Below, one piece after another: positions 1 through 9,466 of a DNA stretch of 64,000 nucleotides. The stretch covers positions 9,143-73,142 of the IMG/VR virus record IMGVR_UViG_3300015607_002611. One strand, written 5' to 3'. The translations under genes and the position numbers were made by a program. The stretch is from a virus. The notes below the pieces were generated by a model. That model ran no database searches, was not told the DNA's origin, and saw nothing but the letters and a program-made list of their open reading frames with translations. Each line of letters starts with the position of its first letter. Position 1 is the first letter of the stretch.

Positions 1-87
1 CATAAATTAAGTATAAAACAAATGCGAAGAGTTGCTTATGGCAAAATAGAAAACTATAATGGATGGATATGTAAATATGGAAAATAA
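1..87 (+). CDS. 3' end of an upstream gene (partial, reading frame 1 open from window start to TAA at 85-87)
   Basis: Frame-1 open from position 1 to the stop at 85-87. This fits the tight-packing pattern, since the next ATG (77) overlaps the stop. No function is inferable. Confidence 0.2.
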   Translation, partial: HKLSIKQMRRVAYGKIENYNGWICKYGK

Positions 88-281
88 TATATTAGGATTT
101 ATGGCTCGTGATGATTGGAGACGTCATGACTGGGAAGGTTTTAATCAACCTAAATAGAAAGAAATGACGGTCAAAGTAAAGGAACATACAGCGGAATTGA
201 ATTAGCAAAAAAAACATAATAAACCCTTTAAAATAATCGCAGTTTAGTTGAAACAAGTTTGACTAAACTAATATAAGACCT

Positions 282-1334
282 ATGGATTATAGTATTAAAA
301 GCCTTAGTGCAAAAAACGCTGCGGAAGCATATACAAAATTAACAGAATTAGTAAATACTCAAGGCGAATTCATTGAGTCGAGAAATGAAGCAACCCTTGA
401 AGTTTTAAACGTAGCTATTGAAATTGAAAATCCAAGAGATAGGATTATTAACATCAGTAATTTTAAATTACCATTTATATTACAAGAGACTTTCGATATT
501 TTAAATAATAATCAACCTAGAGCTATTCACTCTAAACAAATGCTTGAGAAAACGATGGGTAATTCAAGTGACCCAATGTTCTTTGGGAATGAATTAAGAC
601 AAGCATTATCTAGATGGTCATTAGTTAAAGTACGTGATAGATTTATAAAAGATAAGAATACTCGTAAAGCAGTATTAAGTCTAGGTAATAGAAGAAATGC
701 AAAACATACACCTTGTATGATTTATTCTCATTTTATTATTAGAGATAATAAGTTTTACATGACTGCAGAGACTAGAGGTACTGCAGTTTCAATGGGATTT
801 GTAAATGATGTTTTCGTATTAACATTAGTACAAGAAATAATTTATGGATGGTTACTTGAATATTATCCTGAATTAGAATTAGGAACATTCCTATATAAAA
901 CAGTTTCATTACACGAATATGTTGATGCTGTTAAGTCAATTGATGCTGTATCTACAGTTTCTAATATATTAACTAATGAACTTAAAGGTATTACACACGG
1001 TAATGAAACAGTATATAGTAAATCTTATATTCCAACATGGGACCAAACATTACAACCATATAATATTAATATAATTCCAATTAAATTAAATTATAAAGAA
1101 TATTTACAAGACATGGGTATTTTATATCATTATGTCGATGAATATATGAAGTCTACTGAGTATGAAGATTTAGATAAAGGTGATATCACATTAACTACTG
1201 ATTTACTTAAACCAGATAGAAAATTATTTAATAGTGAATATTTTTATAATTGGGCAAATGTTCTATATTATAAAGCATGTGGGTCAGCAACAGATGAACC
1301 AATTTATTTAAAGATATTTACGGAAGGAGTTTAA
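282..1334 (+). CDS. Thymidylate-synthase-fold pyrimidine C5-transferase, uracil-type (Asn at specificity position): divergent ThyA or dUMP hydroxymethylase
   Basis: TS-family motifs are present. 'RKAVLSLGNRR' aligns with RRxIxSAWNP. 'HTPCMIYSHF' aligns with PCH-QFYV and carries the catalytic Cys. 'TRGTAVSMGFVNDVF' aligns with QRSxDxxLGxPFN and carries Asn. 'TVSLHEY' is the C-terminal HxY. The protein is too divergent for a housekeeping ThyA. Confidence 0.6.
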   Translation: MDYSIKSLSAKNAAEAYTKLTELVNTQGEFIESRNEATLEVLNVAIEIENPRDRIINISNFKLPFILQETFDILNNNQPRAIHSKQMLEKTMGNSSDPMFFGNELRQALSRWSLVKVRDRFIKDKNTRKAVLSLGNRRNAKHTPCMIYSHFIIRDNKFYMTAETRGTAVSMGFVNDVFVLTLVQEIIYGWLLEYYPELELGTFLYKTVSLHEYVDAVKSIDAVSTVSNILTNELKGITHGNETVYSKSYIPTWDQTLQPYNINIIPIKLNYKEYLQDMGILYHYVDEYMKSTEYEDLDKGDITLTTDLLKPDRKLFNSEYFYNWANVLYYKACGSATDEPIYLKIFTEGV

Positions 1335-1335
1335 T

Positions 1336-2181
1336 ATGAGAGCAACAATGAGTAAAACCTATTTTAAAGAAGTAGGTGGTAAAGAAGTATTTTGTAAATT
1401 AAAACCATGTAATGATTTTGATACACGTACTGTAATGTTTCAGGCTAAAATAGCTGAAACTATTGGTGGTATTTTTTCGATTAATAAATTCAAAGGAATT
1501 AATTTAATACAGGCTGATAAGTCTAGTTATTACGAAATTCAATTTGAAAAATTAAGCCAAATGCCATGGGAACCAACTGAAGCTAATATGAAGCTCATTG
1601 GCACGTCTATGGCACATATTCACAATTATGCTCATTTTAATAAAGATTTAATAAATCTGTCTGTTAAATCCGAGACGTATTCTGATATGAATAAGTGGAT
1701 TACATTAAAGAAAGAATTTGAAACAGCCTATACAGTTAGAAACGATATATTTGAACAGATTAAACGTTTCAATTTAAAGCAACCTAGAATACCATTACAC
1801 AGAGATTTTAAACTTCATAATATTGTTTATGATGGCACGAAATATAGTTTAATTGACTTTGATTTTGCTGCAGCAGATTTCGTAAGTATCGAGATTATGG
1901 GGTTTATTGTTGATGTAATTCCTTATGGTATGGAGTTTGTTAAAACATTCTTTGAAGCATATCATAAAACTATTGATATCCCAGTTGACCAATCATCTTA
2001 TGTAACAGATTACTTAAATTATCTTTGTACTAATACATTTCCGTATTATTTAAAAGATAAACTTTCAGTTGAAAACATGACTGAATTAGTAGAGTATAGA
2101 AATAAATGTTTAAATACTATTTATTCTAATAAAGACGAACTTAATAAAATAATAGAAGAAACACAATATGTTAGCAATTAA
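1336..2181 (+). CDS. Protein-kinase-like fold kinase (APH/choline-kinase type), substrate unknown
   Basis: Catalytic loop 'HRDFKLHNIVYD' (HxDxxxxN) and metal-binding 'LIDFDFAA' (DFG-like). It sits between two TS-fold genes with ATGA/TAATG coupling. Confidence 0.55.
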   Translation: MRATMSKTYFKEVGGKEVFCKLKPCNDFDTRTVMFQAKIAETIGGIFSINKFKGINLIQADKSSYYEIQFEKLSQMPWEPTEANMKLIGTSMAHIHNYAHFNKDLINLSVKSETYSDMNKWITLKKEFETAYTVRNDIFEQIKRFNLKQPRIPLHRDFKLHNIVYDGTKYSLIDFDFAAADFVSIEIMGFIVDVIPYGMEFVKTFFEAYHKTIDIPVDQSSYVTDYLNYLCTNTFPYYLKDKLSVENMTELVEYRNKCLNTIYSNKDELNKIIEETQYVSN

Positions 2182-3037
2182 AGGAGAAACATTTTCAGAT
2201 GTTTATATTAGAAGTTTAGGATATTTAACAAAACATCCGCAATATATTAGTTCTCCTAGGGGAATGAAAGTTAAAGAAACATTAAATGTCGGATTAGTAA
2301 TTAAAGACCCTAGATTTTGTTTATATCATAATCCACGTAGAAGTTCACAATATAAATACATTGCTGCTGAATTACTTTGGTACTTTACTGGACGTTCAGA
2401 CTTAGGATTTATTGAAAATTATTCAAGCTTCTGGCGCCAAATAGCAAACGATGATAAAAGTATTAATTCAGCTTATGGTAATTTAATCTTTAAACAACAA
2501 AATGAACATGGTGTATCTCAATGGCAATGGGCTATGAGGTCATTGATTCAAGACAAAGATACTCGTCAAGCAGTAATGATGTTTAATAAGCCACAATATC
2601 AATATGGTAATAATAAAGATTTTATCTGTACATTAAGTGGAATATTTGCTATTAGAAATAATAGATTGAATTTAACTATCACTATGCGTTCTAATGATGT
2701 AGTTCTTGGGACACCAACTGACGTTGCATTCTTTTGCATGTTACTACAGCAAGCTCACAAATTACTTAAAGAATATTATCCTGATTTAAAATTAGGTAAA
2801 TATACCCACATTGCCAATTCATATCATTTATATGAAAGACATTTCGATTTAGTAGATGATATGCTTAAAACATATGCAGTATGTGAACGAATGCCAAGTA
2901 TCGGAATTGATTTAATTGATATCAATGGAAATCCATCAGCTGAGTTAATTCATTTAATGAATGTTGTTGAATTCGGTGGAGAATATGAGAGTACTGACCC
3001 ATTATTATCTTGGGTTTATGAAAAATTAACTAAATAA
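2168..3037 (+). CDS. Deoxycytidylate hydroxymethylase-like (TS fold, Asp at pyrimidine-specificity position)
   Basis: 'ELLWYFTGRSDL' aligns with ELLWFLxG. 'TRQAVMMFNKP' aligns with SRRxIxSAWNP. 'KDFICTLSG' carries the catalytic Cys. 'RSNDVVLGTPTDVAFF' aligns with RSxDxxLGxPFN but has Asp in place of Asn, as in T4 gp42. 'NSYHLYERH' is present. Confidence 0.7.
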   Translation: MLAIKGETFSDVYIRSLGYLTKHPQYISSPRGMKVKETLNVGLVIKDPRFCLYHNPRRSSQYKYIAAELLWYFTGRSDLGFIENYSSFWRQIANDDKSINSAYGNLIFKQQNEHGVSQWQWAMRSLIQDKDTRQAVMMFNKPQYQYGNNKDFICTLSGIFAIRNNRLNLTITMRSNDVVLGTPTDVAFFCMLLQQAHKLLKEYYPDLKLGKYTHIANSYHLYERHFDLVDDMLKTYAVCERMPSIGIDLIDINGNPSAELIHLMNVVEFGGEYESTDPLLSWVYEKLTK

Positions 3038-3038
3038 A

Positions 3039-3575
3039 ATGGAACCTAAAATTTTTATAACATCAGATACATTCTTCGGCAGAAGAAATATAATCGAAAT
3101 AGCAAATCGTCCATTCAAAGATTTAGATGAAATGCATGCTGTAATGGTTAATAACTGGAATAGTGTTGTTACTGATAATGATATAGTTTATCATTTAGGT
3201 AACTTTGCATGGACACCAACTGTTGCTGATGAAATGCTTAAAGTTTTAAATGGTAATATTAAATTCATTTTAGGAGAATATGATAATGCATTAGAAGAAG
3301 TATTTGAGTATTATGATGGAGTTGAGATTATGCCATATGATATCTTTAAAGACTATGATAACAAAATAGTTTTATCGCATTGGCCTTTAGACACATGGCC
3401 TGGAAAGGCAGAAGGTATATATCATTTTCATGGGAATACATTAAAAGAATTAAAAACAGATTTAACTAAAATGAAGCGTGTTAATATTTGTTGTGACAAT
3501 TGGAATTATGCACCTCAAGAAGCTAAAGTTCTTTTCGACATTTTCAAAGATTTTGAAGAAAAAACGCCTGCTTAA
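3039..3575 (+). CDS. Calcineurin-like metallophosphoesterase
   Basis: 'ITSDTFFG' (DxH-like), 'HLGNF' and 'HFHGNT' fit MPP-superfamily motifs. The call is weak. Confidence 0.4.
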   Translation: MEPKIFITSDTFFGRRNIIEIANRPFKDLDEMHAVMVNNWNSVVTDNDIVYHLGNFAWTPTVADEMLKVLNGNIKFILGEYDNALEEVFEYYDGVEIMPYDIFKDYDNKIVLSHWPLDTWPGKAEGIYHFHGNTLKELKTDLTKMKRVNICCDNWNYAPQEAKVLFDIFKDFEEKTPA

Positions 3576-3576
3576 C

Positions 3577-3607
3577 TTTTTTATATCAAAAAAATAAGTT
3601 ATATTTA
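3577..3607 (+). promoter_or_regulatory. Candidate promoter: degenerate -33 (TTTT) and perfect -7 TATATTTA, 4 nt before ATG of sigma-like gene
   Basis: TATATTTAC at 3600-3608 is identical to the -7 element of the recurring promoter motif. The upstream element is TTTT rather than TTTG. Confidence 0.35.
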
Positions 3608-3611
3608 CTAC

Positions 3612-4409
3612 ATGACAGGAAAAAATATGACAGAGAGTTACAATTCAATTGCCCTAGATTTTAAAAACACGAAATCTGACATTGCTTTTACAAAGCTATA
3701 CCAAAAAATGAGACCGAGCCTAAAGAATTACATTCGCAATATGACTAAAGATGCGGATGTTACTGAAGATTTATTAGCTCGTACATTTATTAAAATTTAT
3801 GAAAAAATTGACGGTTACGATACGACTTTTTCAATTACAACTTGGGCATATACAATTGCCAAACGCGAATGCTTACGATGGATTAAAAGAGAAAGAAATC
3901 CAAGAGTGTCATTATCTTACTTGTCAGAATTTGGTTCTGAAGTAACATCTGATGATGATACAAATAAAGTTTCTAAAAACGGTTTAAATTTTGAAGACGA
4001 AGATTATAAACCAGAAGAAAAGTTTTTAGAAGAAGATAATTTATTACAATATCGATATGATACTGCAACTGAATTAATCAAATCTTTAAAGCCAATGTAT
4101 CGTGATATTCTAGTTGATATCATGTTTAATAAAATGAAGTATAAAGACGTGGCTTTTAAATATGACGATGAGTTACAAAAAGCTAAACTTAAATATGATA
4201 GAGAAATTAGCAAGACTGATGACGAAGAAAAGCTTGAAAAAATACAAAAAGAATACAATGCAGTATTTAAAAAGTCATTACAACGTGTTAAAAATAGAGT
4301 AAGACGCGGTAAATCTTTAGTTGCAAGTGAATTAGAAGAACTTTTCCCAAACATTAAAATTGACATGGATATCAGAGAGGATTCTGAAAAAGAATCCGTT
4401 GATATATAA
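3612..4409 (+). CDS. RNA polymerase sigma factor-like protein (sigma-70 region 2 / region 4-like)
   Basis: 'FSITTWAYTIAKRECLRWIKRE' matches the sigma70_r2 signature (FxxWLxxIAxN). A C-terminal helix-rich segment is followed by a Lys/Glu-rich tail. Confidence 0.45.
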   Translation: MTGKNMTESYNSIALDFKNTKSDIAFTKLYQKMRPSLKNYIRNMTKDADVTEDLLARTFIKIYEKIDGYDTTFSITTWAYTIAKRECLRWIKRERNPRVSLSYLSEFGSEVTSDDDTNKVSKNGLNFEDEDYKPEEKFLEEDNLLQYRYDTATELIKSLKPMYRDILVDIMFNKMKYKDVAFKYDDELQKAKLKYDREISKTDDEEKLEKIQKEYNAVFKKSLQRVKNRVRRGKSLVASELEELFPNIKIDMDIREDSEKESVDI

Positions 4410-4412
4410 TAC

Positions 4413-4880
4413 ATGTCAAGAATACAATTAAACAGATATCCTATTTTAACTGACCCTCTGATAAATTCTAAGGGTCAGTTTCAGGGTCAATTAACTTTAG
4501 AAAATACCTTTGTTTTAAATTTTTTTAGAAATGAAAATTTTATTAAATATGATAAAAACGAGAACGCTTGGTTTTTAGAATTAGATGAACTTCTAATAAG
4601 TACTCCAGGTGCTGCTGGTCCACCTGGCCCACAAGGACCTATAGGTCCTGAAGGTCCTGAAGGTCCACAAGGTATTCCAGGCCCTGCAGGCGATGCATCT
4701 GTATTAAATGCTGTTGTGTATGAAACATTAGATGGTAATGAAACACCTGCAACTGCAACTGAACCATATGATTTATTAAGAAGAAATTTAGATAATGATG
4801 GTTATGATTTTGTAAATTTTTCACAAATGGTTGCAGATATACAAATATTCAATGATACTCATTGTTTTAATCAATTTTAA
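4413..4880 (+). CDS. Collagen-like repeat protein (putative fibre/structural)
   Basis: A run of 9-10 Gly-X-Y triplets, '[29 protein letters not shown]'. Confidence 0.6.
   Translation: MSRIQLNRYPILTDPLINSKGQFQGQLTLENTFVLNFFRNENFIKYDKNENAWFLELDELLISTPGAAGPPGPQGPIGPEGPEGPQGIPGPAGDASVLNAVVYETLDGNETPATATEPYDLLRRNLDNDGYDFVNFSQMVADIQIFNDTHCFNQF
4608..4694 (+). repeat. G-X-Y collagen-like triplet repeat (coding)
   Basis: GGTxCT/CCAGGx periodicity, encoding G66-D94 of the ORF. Confidence 0.8.
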
Positions 4881-4883
4881 ATT

Positions 4884-5432
4884 ATGGCAAAAAATAGAAT
4901 AGCATATTATACACAAGAAGGAAAGATACATTCAGTAAATGTTAATTTTGTAAATTACTCAAATACATTTCCAGTAAATACACTTACTAATATATTTGAT
5001 AATGTTATAATAAATGCAGGGACAGAAGGTAGTAAATTATATGATATTAAATTAAATAATTCTATACCATTTACTTCAGGGACTATAAATGTCTCTGCAG
5101 GTTCTAGTTTTTATTTTAGTTTAAAACATACTTATACGAATCCATTAGGCGGTTCACCTATTATAACTTTATTAAATACGGTTGAATTTAATACTACAAA
5201 TGCATTAAGTGCACTTAATAAATTAATATCTACTTGGTCTGATTCAATATTAGCACAAAAAGACCAAAGAGGTAATGATTATATTAATTTACCCCCAGGT
5301 ACAGTATTGTCTTTATCATGTGATGTTGTAGCTACTACAACTCCTGCATCTACTACTAATTATAATCTTGGAAAGTTAAACGATTCAGACCCGAGAGCAA
5401 TTAAAATAATAGCATATACTGAAGAATATTAA
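4884..5432 (+). CDS. Hypothetical Asn/Ser/Thr-rich protein (possible fibre-associated)
   Basis: Composition only. Adjacent to the collagen-like gene. Confidence 0.3.
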   Translation: MAKNRIAYYTQEGKIHSVNVNFVNYSNTFPVNTLTNIFDNVIINAGTEGSKLYDIKLNNSIPFTSGTINVSAGSSFYFSLKHTYTNPLGGSPIITLLNTVEFNTTNALSALNKLISTWSDSILAQKDQRGNDYINLPPGTVLSLSCDVVATTTPASTTNYNLGKLNDSDPRAIKIIAYTEEY

Positions 5433-5434
5433 TT

Positions 5435-5788
5435 ATGGCAAAGAATACAACTAAATATATTACTAAGAGTTCTAATATTACATCTAATTTTTTCAGTAAT
5501 ACTAGTACTAAGATATACAGTGCTGGTAAAAATGGGACTAAAATTTTAAATATAACATCCTTATTTACAAGTACAGGTACATTAAATTTAAAAGTAAGCG
5601 ATGGTATAAGTGATTGGGTAATTATGTCAATGAATAGTCCAAGTAATAATCAAGATATATTAGCACTTACTCATTTTCCAGTAGATGAAAACGGTCAAAA
5701 ATATTTCTTACTGGAATCAGGTTGGAGTATAATGGCTTCAATAACTTCTGGAAGTGGTAGTTTATTAATTTACGGTGAAGATTTTTAA
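5435..5788 (+). CDS. Hypothetical Ser/Thr/Asn-rich protein
   Basis: Composition only. Confidence 0.3.
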   Translation: MAKNTTKYITKSSNITSNFFSNTSTKIYSAGKNGTKILNITSLFTSTGTLNLKVSDGISDWVIMSMNSPSNNQDILALTHFPVDENGQKYFLLESGWSIMASITSGSGSLLIYGEDF

Positions 5789-5841
5789 TTATCTCGTAAA
5801 CAATTATATATAATCTGATATAATATAAAATTCATGAATAT

Positions 5842-6300
5842 ATGTATTGGATTAAACTAATAAAAGACATTAGACTTTGGATGCGATTTGCTAAAGTCGC
5901 TAAACAAAATCGCGAATACTTAGAGAAACATAATCTAAGAGTTGATAAATTGGGTAGAATTTACACAGTTATCAATTTACCTGAAGAAATTCGTAAAACA
6001 AATGAATACATGCATGAAGCATGGGTACTTCAAAATCTTAAACCATTTACTCAAGTTTTATTAGAAATTGGCGTTGCTGACTATGCTTACCCTGAAGTAA
6101 GTAGAATTGAAGAAAATGATGCAGATGCTTATTTAGTGGTTATGTACCCAGAAGCAGAAGCTGTAAGTTTCCGTAAAATTATTTGGAATTTGTTTTTATG
6201 GACAGCCGGATTCTTTGTATTAAAAACTATCTACAAATTAATTGTAGCAAGTCCAGTAATTATGGAATATTTACATAAAGCAATAGATTTTATATTTTAA
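5842..6300 (+). CDS. Hypothetical protein with C-terminal transmembrane segment
   Basis: Hydrophobic 'IIWNLFLWTAGFFVLKTIYKLIVASPVIM'. Confidence 0.35.
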   Translation: MYWIKLIKDIRLWMRFAKVAKQNREYLEKHNLRVDKLGRIYTVINLPEEIRKTNEYMHEAWVLQNLKPFTQVLLEIGVADYAYPEVSRIEENDADAYLVVMYPEAEAVSFRKIIWNLFLWTAGFFVLKTIYKLIVASPVIMEYLHKAIDFIF

Positions 6301-6301
6301 T

Positions 6302-7057
6302 ATGAGCGTAACATTAGAACAAATAGAAAGAGTTCAAATTAACGGTAAACGTTGGTATCAAGTAAAGCAAGGTGAGGAAATAATTGGAACATTTCCTAGT
6401 GTTACTAGTGTACTTGGTTCAACTAAAGATAAAACAGCTTTAAATAATTGGGCACAAAGAATTGGTCAAGAAGCTGCAGATAAGGTTGGTAAAGACTCAA
6501 CGGATAGGGGAACTGTAATGCATAGATTATGTGAGTTATATTTAAACTTACCTATTGACCTTTCAAATAAAGATAGATTTAATGAAACATTAGAATTAGC
6601 AAGAACTGACGAAGAGATTATTAAGTTCGACCCAAGGGCTATAATAATGGGAGCTATCTTATTTAATAATTTCTATTCAACTGGTTGTTTTGATAGAGTA
6701 AAACAAGTAATAGCACAAGAACAATTCTTATGGTGTAAAGCAGGTGGTGGATTTGCTGGAACAGTTGATAATTTCTCTTTATTAGATGATGGTGCACGTA
6801 AAGTAGTCGATTTTAAAACTGCTAAGAAAGCTAAAGCTGAAGCGTGGATTGAAGACTATAAAATGCAAGCTTCAGCATATTGTATTGCTATTTGGGAAAG
6901 AACTGGTATTAAACCAGATGGTGCTGAAATTTGGATAAGTAATGAAGTCGATAGATTCCCACAATGCTTTATGTTAAATTGGAATGATGTAACTAAATAT
7001 TTTAAATTATTTACAGAGAGATTAAATGCATTCCATGCTGCAAATCCTTTAAAATAA
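6302..7057 (+). CDS. PD-(D/E)XK nuclease, RecB/Cas4/lambda-exonuclease-like
   Basis: 'GTVDNFSLLDDG' (motif II D), 'VVDFKTAK' (D-x-K) and 'QASAYCIA' (the QxxxY motif typical of the RecB family). Confidence 0.6.
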   Translation: MSVTLEQIERVQINGKRWYQVKQGEEIIGTFPSVTSVLGSTKDKTALNNWAQRIGQEAADKVGKDSTDRGTVMHRLCELYLNLPIDLSNKDRFNETLELARTDEEIIKFDPRAIIMGAILFNNFYSTGCFDRVKQVIAQEQFLWCKAGGGFAGTVDNFSLLDDGARKVVDFKTAKKAKAEAWIEDYKMQASAYCIAIWERTGIKPDGAEIWISNEVDRFPQCFMLNWNDVTKYFKLFTERLNAFHAANPLK

Positions 7058-7091
7058 TTAATCAATATATACTACAAATAACATTTGTAAT

Positions 7092-7325
7092 ATGAAACTT
7101 AAAGGTTTTAAGCAGTTTATAGCTGAAAAACAAACAGACCCTGATTTAGTCGATAAGATGAAAGAATATTCAGACGGTCAAGGTGATACTTGCCCAAGAT
7201 GTGGTAAATCACAAGGTGAATGTGTATGTCAAGACAGAGACTATGGTAGTACTGTTAATTTACATAGATTAGGAAAAGGAAAAGTAACAAAACAAGAAAG
7301 TAATTTTAAAAACGAAAACGAGTAA
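7092..7325 (+). CDS. Small zinc-ribbon protein
   Basis: 'CPRCGKSQGECVC'. Confidence 0.35.
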   Translation: MKLKGFKQFIAEKQTDPDLVDKMKEYSDGQGDTCPRCGKSQGECVCQDRDYGSTVNLHRLGKGKVTKQESNFKNENE

Positions 7326-7327
7326 AA

Positions 7328-7645
7328 ATGGAAAAGTTTATTACATTAATTAAAAAATGGCAAAATGTTATCTTAGTAGGTTTATTTGTATTTTTATTTT
7401 TAGGACAATGTTCTACGAATAGAACTATGGATAAAATGAGAAAAGATAATGTAAAATTAACTCAAAGTATTGATAGTCTTAAAACTACTATTGAGAATTA
7501 TAAGCCAATCACTAATGAAGATTTAAAAATCGAAGGACTTAAAGCTGAGAAGAGAATGATACAGTCTGTTGATAGAAAAATCTTAGACGTTAACAGACAG
7601 GCTGAAATCGATAAGGAAATAGAAAATTTATCAAAAAAGAAATAA
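7328..7645 (+). CDS. Membrane-anchored coiled-coil protein
   Basis: N-terminal TM 'VILVGLFVFLFLGQC' followed by heptad-like charged repeats. Confidence 0.35.
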   Translation: MEKFITLIKKWQNVILVGLFVFLFLGQCSTNRTMDKMRKDNVKLTQSIDSLKTTIENYKPITNEDLKIEGLKAEKRMIQSVDRKILDVNRQAEIDKEIENLSKKK

Positions 7646-7646
7646 G

Positions 7647-8525
7647 ATGGTATACTTAACAGCCATTTGGAATTTTATAAAAAACCCTAAAAACACGAGG
7701 TTACTTGTGTTTGCGGGGGTAGTGATATTAGCTCTTTTATTTTTTAGACAATGTAATAAAGCTAATGATTTAGAACGCCAATTAGAACAACAAAAAACTG
7801 AAACAGTTCGCTTATTAAATAATGAAGAAGCTAAGAATGCTGAATTAAAGAATTATAAATTAAGTGATTCTACTAATCGTGCAATAATTCAAGGTTATCA
7901 ATTAACACAAGAAGAACTTAAAAATGAATTCAAATCATTAACAGAAGGATTTGATGACCTTAAAAAGAAAACAGCACTTGCATTAGCTAAAGGGACTATT
8001 TATTCTAAAGAAACTGTTTATATTAATACAACAGTTAAAATAGATTCAGTAGGCGTAGAACATATTACAGGAACTGATACAATGAGAGTTGATGAAGATA
8101 ATTTTAGAAAAATAACATTCGACACTCCTATTACTACTAAATATTTTAATAAGAAAGACTCAACTGAATTTGATTTTAAGAAGAGTTCTTTATTTTCAGA
8201 AACATATCCTGGTAAAACTAAAGTTACACTTGAACAAAGTATAGGATTAAAAGTAGGTTTATTCCAAGATAAAAAAGATAAGAAAGTTTATATAGTTGCT
8301 CAGACTAAATATCCAGGTGTGACTTTTACTAAATTACAAGGTGCTGATATTATGGCTGACCCTGATTCTAGAAAAGTAACAAGAGAATTTAGAAAAACAT
8401 GGGGCATCGGATTTAACTTTGGATATGGAGCAGCACTTGATTTAAAAAATAATAATTTTGTTATAGGTCCTTATTTAGGTGTAGGTTTACATTATACTCC
8501 AAAATTCCTTCAATGGGGTAAATAA
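7647..8525 (+). CDS. Membrane-anchored protein with coiled-coil and beta-rich C-terminus
   Basis: N-terminal TM 'LLVFAGVVILALLFF'. The C-terminus has a glycine/aromatic beta pattern. Confidence 0.3.
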   Translation: MVYLTAIWNFIKNPKNTRLLVFAGVVILALLFFRQCNKANDLERQLEQQKTETVRLLNNEEAKNAELKNYKLSDSTNRAIIQGYQLTQEELKNEFKSLTEGFDDLKKKTALALAKGTIYSKETVYINTTVKIDSVGVEHITGTDTMRVDEDNFRKITFDTPITTKYFNKKDSTEFDFKKSSLFSETYPGKTKVTLEQSIGLKVGLFQDKKDKKVYIVAQTKYPGVTFTKLQGADIMADPDSRKVTREFRKTWGIGFNFGYGAALDLKNNNFVIGPYLGVGLHYTPKFLQWGK

Positions 8526-8536
8526 AATAAATAGAA

Positions 8537-9466
8537 ATGAACAAAGATAAAGTTGTAAGAATAAGTATAATTTCAATTTTCGTAGCATTGTATGCAATCG
8601 CTAGTATCGTGTCTACGATTCACGTTATTGACTTTTTTGCATTAACAAACCCAAGATGGTTGGCAATAAGTTTAGCTGTTGCTTTTGAAATAGGTGCAAT
8701 GGCTTCATTGGCAGCTATTATTATTTTAGATAAAACATCAAGAACATTAGTTTGGTTCTTATTTATATTATTAACATTAATGCAAATGATGGGTAATGCC
8801 TATTATGCTTATGATAATGCTAAAGATTATGAATCATGGATGGAACTTTTCGCTTTAAATGAAGAAGAACCAATTTATCAAAAAAGAATATTAGCTATTA
8901 TATCAGGAGCTATATTACCAATTGTAGCTTTAGGTTTTATTAAATCATTAATTGATTATATTAGACCTGCACAAAAAGAATCTAATTTAGTTATAGAAAA
9001 TGAAGGTAAAGTTGGTCTAGATGAATCTCAACCTACTGCTAAATTAGAAGTAGTAGAACCTGAAAGTAAAACTGTGGCGAATGAAATACTTGAAGTACAA
9101 GAGATGGAAAAACCAGACGGTACAGCTATTAAATCTTCATTAGATTATCTTGACGAAGAAGCTATTTATAATGAAGTAATGAATGCCCCTCAGGCAGAAT
9201 CGGATTCAATTGAGTCAGTTAAGAATGATAATATAAGTGATACAATAGAAGAAGTAGCTGAACTGTCTAAAACTGACGAAGATATTAAACTAGACGTACC
9301 ATTTGAAGATGCTAAATTACAAGCTATTAAAGAAGTTAGAAACGAAGAAGAAAGTAAAGTAGCAGAAATTAAAAAGCCAAGAACTCATGTTGTTGAGGAA
9401 CCTGGTACAGGTGGTGTAAGTAGAAACTTTGGACCGCCAGATATAAATAATGGAGTAATACAATAA
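8537..9466 (+). CDS. Polytopic membrane protein with acidic C-terminal tail
   Basis: At least four hydrophobic helices in the first ~150 aa, followed by a D/E-rich tail. Confidence 0.35.
   Translation: MNKDKVVRISIISIFVALYAIASIVSTIHVIDFFALTNPRWLAISLAVAFEIGAMASLAAIIILDKTSRTLVWFLFILLTLMQMMGNAYYAYDNAKDYESWMELFALNEEEPIYQKRILAIISGAILPIVALGFIKSLIDYIRPAQKESNLVIENEGKVGLDESQPTAKLEVVEPESKTVANEILEVQEMEKPDGTAIKSSLDYLDEEAIYNEVMNAPQAESDSIESVKNDNISDTIEEVAELSKTDEDIKLDVPFEDAKLQAIKEVRNEEESKVAEIKKPRTHVVEEPGTGGVSRNFGPPDINNGVIQ

Noticed and set aside
282-1334. First TS-fold ORF as ordinary host-like thymidylate synthase
   Set aside because: The catalytic Cys and Asn are present, but the otherwise highly conserved ThyA blocks (SAWNP, LPPCH, FQFYV) are heavily substituted and the ORF carries a ~130-aa C-terminal extension. 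It is kept as 'uracil-type TS-fold enzyme', not thyA.
1336-2181. PKL kinase as Kdo kinase (KdkA-like) or aminoglycoside phosphotransferase
   Set aside because: KdkA is the same fold class, so this is possible. However, the gene is translationally coupled between two TS-fold nucleotide enzymes, 19 kb from the Kdo genes. A nucleotide-related substrate is the more economical hypothesis. It remains unproven.
4004-4414. Minus-strand ORF (136 aa) antisense to the sigma-like gene
   Set aside because: It lies fully inside a well-supported + strand gene. It has low-complexity Ser/Leu-rich composition typical of antisense frames in AT-rich DNA. The same reasoning applies to the other minus-strand track ORFs at 4639-4824, 6856-7065, 17091-17273, 19429-19611, 24991-25191, 25373-25576, 26250-26510, 30957-31154, 32594-32824, 36487-36882, 42254-42481, 43085-43378, 46266-46457, 47602-47871, 47977-48243, 48227-48433, 48974-49198, 49695-49880, 50358-50672, 53147-53329, 54982-55263, 55441-55644, 55593-55823, 58328-58510, 62625-62828 and 63685-63897.
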